Positions 8,266 through 17,693 of a stretch of DNA of 64,000 bases are shown one piece after another (position 1 is the stretch's first letter; the number at the start of each line of letters is the position of its first letter). The stretch covers positions 2,897-66,896 of the forward strand of contig JAAZOQ010000233.1 in the NCBI GenBank assembly GCA_012797695.1, in the 5' to 3' direction. This DNA comes from Anaerolineaceae bacterium. GTDB lineage: Bacteria; Chloroflexota; Anaerolineae; Anaerolineales; Anaerolineaceae. Under the pieces are notes generated by a model. The model was not told the origin of the DNA, did not search any database, and saw only the letters and a list, made by a program, of their open reading frames with translations. A program made the position numbers and the translations under genes.

Positions 8266-10689
8266 ATGAAATTTCCACCGATTGATCTTTTTTCCTTTGG
8301 CCTTGGCTTCATACTGGCAACAGTATTCTGGCTGATTCTGTTGCGTGTTTCCAAGCTAATTCCACACTGGAAAAAGACCATCGCTGAAAACCGTGCACAC
8401 CAGCAATATCAAAAAGACCTCGATCGCGAGCACGGATTCCGCTTACTGGCCCTGCGAAAAGCACAAGAGTCACACCTCGCTTTTCGCCTGTTCCCGCTGG
8501 AACAGATTTTGATCGAGCCAAGAGTGATCACCCCACAAAAATTCCTGCAGCAGTCGATGGAAGATTTCGATTCGGAGGCTCTTTATTATCTCTTACCGGA
8601 ACTGCCAGAGTTCCCAGCACTTTATACTCAGAGCCCAGTCGTATTCAATTCTCTTGAAACCCTGATTTCAGCGGGGCAACAGTTTATTGCCCTCTCGGCG
8701 GAACCTGGTTTCGGCAAAACAACAGCTCTGGCTGCCCTGGCAAGCCAGCTTAGCCGCGAATCCAACTCCAACCGGTACCTGCCCCTCTTTTTTGACTACA
8801 ATGAATTGCAACTCGAAGAACGAGATATTCAGGAAGCAATTCTCGATCATCTCGCTCGCAGCATTAAGGATCTGCACCGGGAAAATGCTGAAGCAATACT
8901 GCAACATGCCAACGAAGAAAAGCGTCTTGTTTTCCTGATTGACAATCTGGATATTCTCCCTCTATCTGAATTCAATAAAGCGCTGCTGAAAATCGGCCAG
9001 CTCAAAGAGAGATATCCCAATTCCTTTTTTGTGCTGGCAGTTGACCCCTATATTCATGGTGAGCTTCAAAAACTAGGCTTCGAAATTTTTTCGCTGGCTG
9101 TCTGGAGTGAAGAAGAAAAGACTCGTCTGCTTCTCAACTGGAAGAAGGCCTGGATCAAACTGGTCAACGATTCCAAACAAATCAACGCCATCGAACGAGT
9201 TGCTTTCTGGCTGAAACAAGAAACGATGTTTGATTCCCCCCTTGAGATTACCCTGCAAATCTGGTCAGCTTTTGCTGAACTTAAAGAAAACAATTCACGG
9301 CCCGGCATTTACCAGAATTATTTGCAACTTTTTACCAATGATCTTCTTGAAAAAGAAGAAATGGCCTCTTTACTCGAAGGGAACAGCCTGGATCCAATCC
9401 CCACTCTTTCGAGAGAAAATTTCACTGGGTATCTCCAACATATACTTGAAAGTAGGCTTAGTGAAGATTCTGGTATTCCCGTAAATGCTGCTGAGAATTC
9501 ACAGCAAGCGAATTCTCTCATCAATAACCTTATTAAGAAGCGTTTTCTCTATCCGCTCGACGAAAATACTTTTGGCTTTTACCATTCCAGCATCATTTCC
9601 TATTTTTACGCCATAGCCAATGATCAGCAGCGTCTTCCTGATTTCGAAGAAGTACTCCTGTCTCCCACGAAACGGCAAATCTTCAAGGATCGAATCACGT
9701 CGGAAGAAGACGCACACCTCATTGACCACTACTTACAAAACAGCGATCCCTATTTTCATAGAGACTTGCTCTTCGCGTTACCCTGGACAAATAGTTCTGG
9801 CACTCACCCTAATTTGAAACAAAAGCTTTTCAAATACTCAGCCCTGCTATTGCAAGATCCACGCATTCCGGTAAGCCTGCGCTTCCGGTTTCTGTTGCCT
9901 CTGGTGGAATCAAGAGATCCCTCGATTCTTTCTCTTTTCCTGTATCTCAGCACCCTGAAAGAGGAAAATATTCGTCAGGTCAGCGCCTTGGGGCTGGGCA
10001 TGTTTCACGATGAAAAAGCAGTTGCGCAATTACGGAAACTGGCAGAAGGTGATGGTTCCGCGTCTGTACAGCAACTGGCCTGCATTTCACTGAATCGAAT
10101 TTGGAGTCAATCAGCACAAGCTGCTCTGGTCGACCTCATTTTTGCCGCAGAAGAAAACCTTCGTGAATTAATTTGTGAACTGGTATCCCTGCATCATCCC
10201 GAAGGGGAACAGATCCTGCAAGAATTAGCCGAAACGGATAATTACCTGGCGCGCAAAGCGGCGGTGTATGGCCTGGTGCATATCCACCAACCCTGGGTGA
10301 ATCCCTTGCTGGAAAAATTGAGCATTGAAGATACTCAATGGGTAGTTCGCGATACCGCCAAGTTTGCCCTGGAACATCCGCGCAGCTCTGCCACCTTTAT
10401 TGCACAAAAGCCAATTCCCCCACTGGAGAACCCGTGGATCGTTCAAAAAGCCGACGAATATTCGATCGTGTTGCCTAAAAAAGGTTTACCAGTAGATCTT
10501 TTACTGACTTTGCTTGAAAAAGAAGATCGAGAAGGCAAACTCGCCGCGCTGGATTATCTCTCCCAGCTGCCTACCCCAGAAGTGATCGAAAAAATGAGGG
10601 TTCTCACCTCAAAAGCAAACGAACCCATCCGAGATGAGATATTCAATGCCTTATTTGAATTTGGGAAAAATGGATTAGCAATACGCTAA
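8266..10689 (+). CDS. membrane-anchored NACHT/STAND-type P-loop NTPase with C-terminal HEAT repeats
   Basis: N-terminal TM helix, Walker A AEPGFGKTT, Walker B LVFLIDNLD, C-terminal HEAT-like repeats (VRQVSALGLG, ARKAAVYGL, VVRDTAKFAL). Confidence 0.7.
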   Translation: MKFPPIDLFSFGLGFILATVFWLILLRVSKLIPHWKKTIAENRAHQQYQKDLDREHGFRLLALRKAQESHLAFRLFPLEQILIEPRVITPQKFLQQSMEDFDSEALYYLLPELPEFPALYTQSPVVFNSLETLISAGQQFIALSAEPGFGKTTALAALASQLSRESNSNRYLPLFFDYNELQLEERDIQEAILDHLARSIKDLHRENAEAILQHANEEKRLVFLIDNLDILPLSEFNKALLKIGQLKERYPNSFFVLAVDPYIHGELQKLGFEIFSLAVWSEEEKTRLLLNWKKAWIKLVNDSKQINAIERVAFWLKQETMFDSPLEITLQIWSAFAELKENNSRPGIYQNYLQLFTNDLLEKEEMASLLEGNSLDPIPTLSRENFTGYLQHILESRLSEDSGIPVNAAENSQQANSLINNLIKKRFLYPLDENTFGFYHSSIISYFYAIANDQQRLPDFEEVLLSPTKRQIFKDRITSEEDAHLIDHYLQNSDPYFHRDLLFALPWTNSSGTHPNLKQKLFKYSALLLQDPRIPVSLRFRFLLPLVESRDPSILSLFLYLSTLKEENIRQVSALGLGMFHDEKAVAQLRKLAEGDGSASVQQLACISLNRIWSQSAQAALVDLIFAAEENLRELICELVSLHHPEGEQILQELAETDNYLARKAAVYGLVHIHQPWVNPLLEKLSIEDTQWVVRDTAKFALEHPRSSATFIAQKPIPPLENPWIVQKADEYSIVLPKKGLPVDLLLTLLEKEDREGKLAALDYLSQLPTPEVIEKMRVLTSKANEPIRDEIFNALFEFGKNGLAIR

Positions 10690-10691
10690 GA

Positions 10692-11006
10692 TCAACTCAG
10701 ATGTTGCAGAATTCTCGCCTGCAAATCTTCAGGGGAAATATCCATTACAGTAACGATTTTATCCCGTGCAGTTAAACCCGAAATGATTTCTATTTTTGCA
10801 GGTCTGACGCCCAAAATTTCCGCCAGAAATTCAATCAACCCCTGATTCGCCCGCCCTTCTACTGGGGGAGCGGTCAAACGGATTTTTACCGTACCGTCAT
10901 TCATGATCTCCGTGATTTCATTTCTTGCCATGCGCGGAGTCACGCGAACGGTAATTGCGGCGCCTAACTTGCCATCGTGTAATTCAAAGTTTCGTCCAGT
11001 TTTCAT
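10692..11006 (-). CDS. DUF167/YggU family protein
   Basis: VRVTPRA..N...V.I.LTAPPVEGRAN..LIEFLA motif. Confidence 0.8.
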   Translation of the reverse strand: MKTGRNFELHDGKLGAAITVRVTPRMARNEITEIMNDGTVKIRLTAPPVEGRANQGLIEFLAEILGVRPAKIEIISGLTARDKIVTVMDISPEDLQARILQHLS

Positions 11007-11248
11007 GCGAGCATTCTCAACAAAAGATATTCTACAAATTGAAGCAGCAGTAACAAAATTACTGGGCTAAAATCCATGTTCATCAACGGAGGCACGACGC
11101 GTCGGATTGGCTCCAGCAAGGGATTCACGATGCGATCCAAAAACTGTCGAAATGGATGATAAGGTGACATGAAGAAAGAGATAATCGCATCCACAATAAT
11201 GATCAGGGTAAGCAGCTGAAAAACAGCCTGTATGAGTGTCTGTGCCAT
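11003..11248 (-). CDS. YggT family membrane protein
   Basis: 81 aa, two hydrophobic helices; sits between the yggS-like and yggU-like genes with a 4-nt overlap. Confidence 0.75.
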   Translation of the reverse strand: MAQTLIQAVFQLLTLIIIVDAIISFFMSPYHPFRQFLDRIVNPLLEPIRRVVPPLMNMDFSPVILLLLLQFVEYLLLRMLA

Positions 11249-11273
11249 ATTTTGTAATTATATCTTCTTTTCA

Positions 11274-12005
11274 TTAATTTTTTGTTGGACGCTTACCCAT
11301 AATTGATTCCCCAATTCGCACATAAGTAGCGCCTTCCGTCACTGCAACGCCATAATCCGCGCTTGTCCCCATGGAAAGTTCTGTAAAATGGGCCAGAGAG
11401 CTATTCGCGCGAACAAATTCAGCCAACTCACGGGTTTTGACAAAGTAACTTCGCGAGTCTTCCGGCCTTTCGGCCAATGGCGGCATCGTCATCAACCCCT
11501 TCAATTGAAGATGTGGGCAATCAGATTGCCAGCAATCCAACTGCTCAGCAAAGACTGGCCAGCTTGTTTGATCCCATACAGGGAAGCCATGTTTTGTCTC
11601 TTCGCCACTGACATTCACCTCGATCAATACAGGCAGCGTCTTCTCTAAAGCTGCATATTTTTGTTCGAGCTCGGTAAATAACTCGGGACGATCCAAAGAG
11701 TGAAACATGCCGAAATGCTGGATCAGATATTTGATCTTGCGGCTTTGCAAATGACCAATCATATGCCAGTGCAGGCCCTCAGCGGATAAGCGATCACTTT
11801 GCAATATTTTTTTATGGGTTTCTTCTGGATAGTTTTCACCCAACTGAGTTGCCCCAGCAGCGATTACTTCTGCAATTTTTTCAACGGGTTGAAATTTGGT
11901 AACCACCACCAGGGTAATCGCCTGTGGATTTCTCCCTGCTCGAGTAGCAACCTCAGTGATCCCTTCTTGAACCCGATTGAAACGATCCTTTATCCCTTCA
12001 GTCAT
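11274..12005 (-). CDS. yggS: YggS family pyridoxal-phosphate homeostasis protein
   Basis: VVVTKF...GENY.QE...HMIGHLQSRK...LSMGTSADY...VRIG. Confidence 0.85.
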   Translation of the reverse strand: MTEGIKDRFNRVQEGITEVATRAGRNPQAITLVVVTKFQPVEKIAEVIAAGATQLGENYPEETHKKILQSDRLSAEGLHWHMIGHLQSRKIKYLIQHFGMFHSLDRPELFTELEQKYAALEKTLPVLIEVNVSGEETKHGFPVWDQTSWPVFAEQLDCWQSDCPHLQLKGLMTMPPLAERPEDSRSYFVKTRELAEFVRANSSLAHFTELSMGTSADYGVAVTEGATYVRIGESIMGKRPTKN

Positions 12006-12799
12006 TCCTTCCTCTTTGCAGCCAAATTGAGGGTCGCTGCAAAGCGGCCCGTCTTTCCCTTTTCAGCCCGATGGCTGTACCAGTCCTCGGTATGACAGGC
12101 AGTACAGAGCCCGGCCACTTCAATTTTCTTGACACCCGCGGTTTCCAGAGTAATTGTATTGGCTTTCCACAAATCAAGAAACCAACCGTCGTCTTTTTGA
12201 ACGAATATTGTATCCAGTTCTTTTGAAAAATTAGTCTGAGCTGCCAGATATACTTCCTGCCCCACTTGGTAATGGCAGACCCCAATAGACGGGCCAATGC
12301 CTGCCACGATTTCTTCAGGCCTGGATTGATATTTAGCCTTCATCGCACGAATCGTTTCTGCAATAATTTGATCGAGCGTGCCTTTCCAACCCGCATGGGT
12401 AATGCTAACCACCCGGTGGGCAGGATCATAGAGCAAGATCGGCACACAATCAGCAAAGCGCATGAATAGAGTGATCTCGGCCTGATTGGTTACAATGGCA
12501 TCCGCCTTCTGATGTTCTTCTTCCAATGGGCGCGGAGAATCAGTGCAAATCACCTCATTCCCATGCACCTGCCAGACATCAAAAATGGACTCCACGGGCC
12601 GGTTTATTGTCTCGAAAATGCGACGGCGGTTTTCCACTACATTCGCGCGGGCATCACCGACCGTTCCGCCTTGATTCAAACTGGCCCAGGGTTGTGGACT
12701 TACCCCTCCCCGGCGCGTAAAAAATCCGTGGCTTACGATTTCTGGATCAAAAGTTTCAAATTGCCAATAGGTCAAACCATTTGCAATGTTTTTTTTCAT
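12002..12799 (-). CDS. pgeF: YfiH/PgeF (DUF152) purine nucleoside phosphorylase / peptidoglycan editing factor family
   Basis: QVHG...ADAIVT...ADCVPILLYD...ITHAGWKGT...CTAC. Confidence 0.8.
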   Translation of the reverse strand: MKKNIANGLTYWQFETFDPEIVSHGFFTRRGGVSPQPWASLNQGGTVGDARANVVENRRRIFETINRPVESIFDVWQVHGNEVICTDSPRPLEEEHQKADAIVTNQAEITLFMRFADCVPILLYDPAHRVVSITHAGWKGTLDQIIAETIRAMKAKYQSRPEEIVAGIGPSIGVCHYQVGQEVYLAAQTNFSKELDTIFVQKDDGWFLDLWKANTITLETAGVKKIEVAGLCTACHTEDWYSHRAEKGKTGRFAATLNLAAKRKE

Positions 12800-13806
12800 G
12801 ACAGCGATCCTGACTTCGCCAATTTTCGTCGGAGAGCAATTTTTCGTCCCAGATCAAAGCGGATTTCTTTCATAGATTCTTCCATCACCGGGTACACATA
12901 CCAGCCAGTAAATAAACCAAACAGAGTTCCAGTCACTGTTCGCAGAAGCGGCGTGCTTTCACGAACGGGGAACCAGGCCGGCCAGTTTCCACCCAGGCTG
13001 AAAAGTTGTAAGCCGCCATCCAACGCGATGGGCAAAACTCCTAAAATTACCCAGAAATACCAGGGTAACTGCTTAATTCGCTTCCTGGAAAGCTGAAAGA
13101 TCAACCCAGCCAGGATAAGAGAGGCATAGATTGCGACATCGCGCTCGCACAAGGCAACCTTATAACCCAACAAATCATTGCCAGTGAATTGGCGGGCATA
13201 GTTCACATCCAAGGCGCTATCCCCGGTAACTTGCTCATAAGTGAGCACATTGGGTACACCTGCCAGCTCACGCGGATAGTAAGGCTGTTCTCCGTAAAAG
13301 AAATAGGAACGGTAAGCTAATTGATGGCAAAAAATGCTATAAACGCTATAAATTACGTGGGCTGGACCAGGGTGATCTTCCTCCATCAAGACAGGTGCCA
13401 GAAAGGGAATACCCAGAAACAAGATCAAAAAACCGGTAAAAAACCACACGTAATTATTAGAAAGCCAGTAAGAAAATTTTTCGGCCCCGGTCAGGATAAG
13501 TGAATCTTTCTTTTTTTGCGGTTGAGGCTCAATGGGTTGATTTTCAGAATTCTTTTCCAGACGATCACGATAGGCATTGACCGCAATCTGAATATCAATA
13601 TCAGAAAAAGGAAATTTCAATCGGTAAGGACCGATCTGCAAGAAAGATGATTTTTCCTGAAAGCGATTGATCAGTTCAGGTTCGGCATCAAGTGAAATAT
13701 CGATCAGGTCAAAACTCAACTGCTGTGCCTGTTCCAATAAATGCTGATAAACCGCATGATCCGGATCATCTATTGAGCGATAGTAATAAGTGATCTTCAT
13801 GTTCAT
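12796..13806 (-). CDS. glutaredoxin-like N-domain fused to a DUF2085 membrane domain
   Basis: C-terminal half has FCHQLAYRS...ALCERDVAIY (DUF2085-like) with several TM helices; 4-nt overlap with pgeF. Confidence 0.6.
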   Translation of the reverse strand: MNMKITYYYRSIDDPDHAVYQHLLEQAQQLSFDLIDISLDAEPELINRFQEKSSFLQIGPYRLKFPFSDIDIQIAVNAYRDRLEKNSENQPIEPQPQKKKDSLILTGAEKFSYWLSNNYVWFFTGFLILFLGIPFLAPVLMEEDHPGPAHVIYSVYSIFCHQLAYRSYFFYGEQPYYPRELAGVPNVLTYEQVTGDSALDVNYARQFTGNDLLGYKVALCERDVAIYASLILAGLIFQLSRKRIKQLPWYFWVILGVLPIALDGGLQLFSLGGNWPAWFPVRESTPLLRTVTGTLFGLFTGWYVYPVMEESMKEIRFDLGRKIALRRKLAKSGSLS

Positions 13807-13813
13807 CCTCTAA

Positions 13814-14515
13814 TTATAAAAGCCATTTTGGCGTCCACACCGCTAAATGGGAGAACAGCCCCAAGCAAAGCAGCAAACCGAAAAAGATCAGCAGATAACC
13901 ACTGACCTGTTGAATCACCTGTAAAGTTCGCCCTCTTTTCTCCCATCTTCGCAAAGGGGATTCCAGCCCCAAAGAGAGAAGCAAAAATGGAAGTGAAATT
14001 CCGAGAGAATAAACGAGCAGCAATAAAACGCTTTGCCCTCGCGTTACTTCATTCGCTACAATGGCAGTCAGAATCGTCCCCAGTATTGGGCCAATACACG
14101 GAGACCACCCCGCACCAAATGCCAACCCCATCAAGAAAGCTCCCCACACTCCTCTGTCTGTGGCGGATAAAGCATGAAACGGCTTCCATTCATATTGAAG
14201 CGCAGGTAGCTTGATCAAACCGGTAAGCATGATTCCGTATATGATGATCACTACTCCACCCAAACGAGCTACCCAGGGCTTTACCTGATAAAGGAAATTC
14301 CCCAAAACAGAGGATCCCCACCCCAGGCCAATAAATAAAAGTGTAAACCCCAGGCAAAAAGCCAGCCCATTAACCAATAAACGGAATCGTTGGGTGTTAT
14401 CTCTTGATTGTGCCCCTAAAATTCCCAGATAGACCGGTACCATTGAAAATACACAGGGTGAAAGAAAAGAAACCAATCCTGCCAGAAAAACAGCAGCAAG
14501 ATTTATTAGTGCCAT
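13814..14515 (-). CDS. ccdA: cytochrome c biogenesis / thiol-disulfide transporter CcdA (DsbD family)
   Basis: LSPCVFSMVPVYLG and SPCIGPILG motifs, six TM helices. Confidence 0.85.
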   Translation of the reverse strand: MALINLAAVFLAGLVSFLSPCVFSMVPVYLGILGAQSRDNTQRFRLLVNGLAFCLGFTLLFIGLGWGSSVLGNFLYQVKPWVARLGGVVIIIYGIMLTGLIKLPALQYEWKPFHALSATDRGVWGAFLMGLAFGAGWSPCIGPILGTILTAIVANEVTRGQSVLLLLVYSLGISLPFLLLSLGLESPLRRWEKRGRTLQVIQQVSGYLLIFFGLLLCLGLFSHLAVWTPKWLL

Positions 14516-14539
14516 GAACCAGTTCCTTTCAACCCAAGG

Positions 14540-15667
14540 CTATTCAATTACCTGTACGTTCGTGCCTGCATAACCCAACTGTTCAACATGTCCATCATCG
14601 TAATCTACCTGAGGTAAAGACCAGCGGTAGACAAATTTTGCTTCATCGGGCGGAATATTTACACAACCATGCGACATGGGCTCGCCATAATTGTTATGCC
14701 AGAAGGTCGAATGAAGAGCAACTCCACCCGTCGCAAAAATACAGGTCCAGTTGACCGCAAAAAGCTCATAACCAGAAGCTGCCGAGCCCCCAGCCATGTG
14801 AATAGAAGCATATTTACGGTTGATCACATGATAATCTCCAACTGGAGTTGACCAGTTATCTACGATTTGGCCTTCAGAATTATATTTTGCCCCAGTAGAA
14901 ACTCGAGTGAACAAAACCTCATCTTTGCCTTCATAGCAAGACAGAGTTTGATGAGAAAGGTCTACCACAATCTTTTTATCAGTTACATCTGGGTGAATAG
15001 GTGCGAGATCTTCAGCCGTCAGTGGCTTCACCCCTCTGGCATCTGCCCAGAACTCGTCACCATAACTGCCATATTTTTCAACCATGTGATAGAGAGTATT
15101 GCCATTATCATCCAATTTCAAATCGTCTACCCAGAATACCTGGCTGTAATAAGCGCGAAACGGCTGATTAGCCGCGATCTGCTCCTGTAACTTGGGGGCA
15201 CGCGCCGGAGGGTTGGCCAGGGTCATTTCGAGATAGGGTACCGTTACTTCCCCCCAGAAACCCACATCGGATTTCTGCTGGGGTAGGCTGGCTAATGGCT
15301 GATTCAGTATTGCCATTGTGGGTTGTACACGGGTGGCAGGAACATAACCATCCGGCGTTTCCACCCAGCGATAGTTAGTAGGCGTTATAGTCAAAGGCAC
15401 TCCAATCACGTCCCTTTGCCACTCAATGATGTTATCTTCGTAGAGAGTCTTGACAGTGGCACTCGCCGGATCGGGCTTGGATTTGACCTCGACCAGATCA
15501 AACACCCTGCCTAACCGCTTTCCCTGTTCAAAATCGGTGATATCGCGGTTGGGAGCAAAATACGGATGTGGGCCTGAGCGAAAAGCCATTACGCCTGCGC
15601 TCAACAGCCCCAGTTTTAGAAAATCACGTCGATTGATACCTTTCATGTCATCCTGCCTGTCTACCAA
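14540..15667 (-). CDS. L,D-transpeptidase (YkuD domain) with a Tat signal
   Basis: RRDFLKLG twin-arginine signal; catalytic HSTFW...SHGCVN motif. Confidence 0.8.
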   Translation of the reverse strand: MVDRQDDMKGINRRDFLKLGLLSAGVMAFRSGPHPYFAPNRDITDFEQGKRLGRVFDLVEVKSKPDPASATVKTLYEDNIIEWQRDVIGVPLTITPTNYRWVETPDGYVPATRVQPTMAILNQPLASLPQQKSDVGFWGEVTVPYLEMTLANPPARAPKLQEQIAANQPFRAYYSQVFWVDDLKLDDNGNTLYHMVEKYGSYGDEFWADARGVKPLTAEDLAPIHPDVTDKKIVVDLSHQTLSCYEGKDEVLFTRVSTGAKYNSEGQIVDNWSTPVGDYHVINRKYASIHMAGGSAASGYELFAVNWTCIFATGGVALHSTFWHNNYGEPMSHGCVNIPPDEAKFVYRWSLPQVDYDDGHVEQLGYAGTNVQVIE

Positions 15668-15671
15668 TAAG

Positions 15672-17192
15672 CTATAAGCTTTGTTGGGTAACTTCTCTTT
15701 TGATCTTTTCTATGTCAAGCCCCCATAAACTATCTCCTGCCTTATAGGGGGTCACTCTTCGGATTGCCCGGTACAACTTTTCTGTGCCCGAGCCAAGTTT
15801 TCCAGGCTGCAATCGCAGACGAATATCGATCGCACGTGCAGCAGTAAATAATTCTACACTCAAAATATGCCGCGTATTGGCAAGGATTTGCGCACAATGC
15901 CGGGCCGCCGTCATGGCGTTTGCGTTATGATCCTCCTGCTCAGCCGAGGTTGGCAAAGAATGAACAGAATCAGGCGTTGCCAGGGTCTGGTTTTCCAGTA
16001 CGAGTGAAGCGGCCGTGTATTGCGGCATCATCACTCCTGAATTCAGCCCCGCATCTTCTGGAGTATCCACCAGCATCGGCGTCAGCCCCTGATTCAACTT
16101 TCCATCGGTAAGGCGGAAAGTGCGCCGTTCTGAAATAGCTCCCACTTCTGCCATTGCAATACTCAGAAAATCCATAGCCATACCCACCGGCTCGCCGTGG
16201 AAATTTCCCCCCGACAGGACCGCGTCATCGTCAAAGATCAGCGGATTATCCGTAGCAGCATTGATTTCTCGTTCGATCACGCCCTTTACATGATCCAAAG
16301 TATCTTTCGCTGCACCTAGAATCTGTGGGGAGCAGCGTAACGAGTAGGCATCTTGTACCCGCGCGGTTGAATCTACCAAAGTACTCCCGGCAAACAAACC
16401 GCGGATGGCCGCAGCCATCTCAATTTGTCCGTACTGGCCGCGAGCCAGATGAATTCGCTCGTCAAAAGCATCTGAACAACCCAGCATGGCTTCCAACGAA
16501 AGCGCGGTTGCCCGGGTGGAAAGAGACAGTAAATATTCAGCGTCAGCAACCGCCAAAGCGCCAACGGCTGCCGAGAAAGTGGCACCATTATTGATAGCCA
16601 GTCCCTCTTTAGCTCCCAAAATCAGGCGCTGAATTCCAGCGGCCTTCATGGTTGCCTTTCCCGACTGAATGCTGCCCTTGAATTCGGCCCGGCCTGACTC
16701 TTCGTCCAGATCGTTGGTGTCAGTAGTAAAAACCAGTGCCAGATGAGAAAGCTGGCAAAGATCACCAGAGGAACCCAGTGACCCCTGGCTGGGAATTACC
16801 GGGTGAACCCCTTTATTGAGCATATCCAAAAGCGTTTGTACGATCTCGACGCGAACCCCAGAAAACCCTTGCGCCAGCGTATTGGCCCGTACCAGCATGG
16901 CTGCACGCACCACTTCGGTGCTCAATGGATCGCCGGTACCCACAGAGTGGCTAAGAATCAGATTGCGGCTGAGTTGATTGCTTTCTTCAGCTTTAATGCG
17001 CCGGTCAGCAAAAATTCCAAATCCTGTATTGATCCCATACACAGGTTTTCCGCTTTTTACAATATTTTGCAGGCGCATCTGTGAACGTTCAATCAATTGC
17101 TTAGCCTGGTCACTCAGTTGTACTTCTTCACGCTCACGCGCCACTCGAACCACATCCGAAATACTCAGCTTATGGTCACCTAATAGGATCAT
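15672..17192 (-). CDS. hutH: histidine ammonia-lyase family (MIO-dependent aromatic amino acid lyase)
   Basis: GINTGFG, LILSHSVG (SH selectivity pair as in HAL), GSLGSSGDL (MIO position reads SSG, not ASG), EQEDHNA. Confidence 0.85.
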   Translation of the reverse strand: MILLGDHKLSISDVVRVAREREEVQLSDQAKQLIERSQMRLQNIVKSGKPVYGINTGFGIFADRRIKAEESNQLSRNLILSHSVGTGDPLSTEVVRAAMLVRANTLAQGFSGVRVEIVQTLLDMLNKGVHPVIPSQGSLGSSGDLCQLSHLALVFTTDTNDLDEESGRAEFKGSIQSGKATMKAAGIQRLILGAKEGLAINNGATFSAAVGALAVADAEYLLSLSTRATALSLEAMLGCSDAFDERIHLARGQYGQIEMAAAIRGLFAGSTLVDSTARVQDAYSLRCSPQILGAAKDTLDHVKGVIEREINAATDNPLIFDDDAVLSGGNFHGEPVGMAMDFLSIAMAEVGAISERRTFRLTDGKLNQGLTPMLVDTPEDAGLNSGVMMPQYTAASLVLENQTLATPDSVHSLPTSAEQEDHNANAMTAARHCAQILANTRHILSVELFTAARAIDIRLRLQPGKLGSGTEKLYRAIRRVTPYKAGDSLWGLDIEKIKREVTQQSL

Positions 17193-17212
17193 TTTACCTA
17201 ATCATCCTGTTC

Positions 17213-17668
17213 TCAATTTTGATTTCTTGCCAGATCACGTTCAACGTCTCTCTTGGCAATTGCTTGACGTTTATCGTAGAGCTTTTTCCCCTTGGCAACG
17301 GCAATATCCAGCTTAGCCCGACCCTCTTTCAGATACATTCTTACTGGTATGACAGTAACACCCTTTTGGCGAATTGCATTCCACAACTCACGGATCTCCC
17401 GTTTATGCAACAGTAAACGCCGGTTGCGTTTGGGATCGTGGTTGGAATAACTGGCCGCTTCATAGGGAGCAATGTGAGCGCCTACCAGCCAGGCTTCTCG
17501 GCCATCCACCTGAATATAGGCTTCCTGCAGGCTAACCTGCCCGGCCCGGATAGATTTGATCTCACTTCCCTGCAGAGAGATTCCTGCTTCGAAGTGTTCG
17601 AGCAGGAAATATTCAAACTCTGCTTTGCGATTTTTGGCAACGGTCTTATTTTCTTCCATGGTCATCAT
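17213..17668 (-). CDS. smpB: SsrA-binding protein SmpB
   Basis: KNRKA.FEY.....EAGI.L.GSEIKS.R.G...L.EAY....G.EAWL....I.PY....Y.NH.P.R.R.LLLHK.EI. Confidence 0.9.
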   Translation of the reverse strand: MMTMEENKTVAKNRKAEFEYFLLEHFEAGISLQGSEIKSIRAGQVSLQEAYIQVDGREAWLVGAHIAPYEAASYSNHDPKRNRRLLLHKREIRELWNAIRQKGVTVIPVRMYLKEGRAKLDIAVAKGKKLYDKRQAIAKRDVERDLARNQN

Positions 17669-17693
17669 TCTAACATAGCTGTCAAGGCTATAT

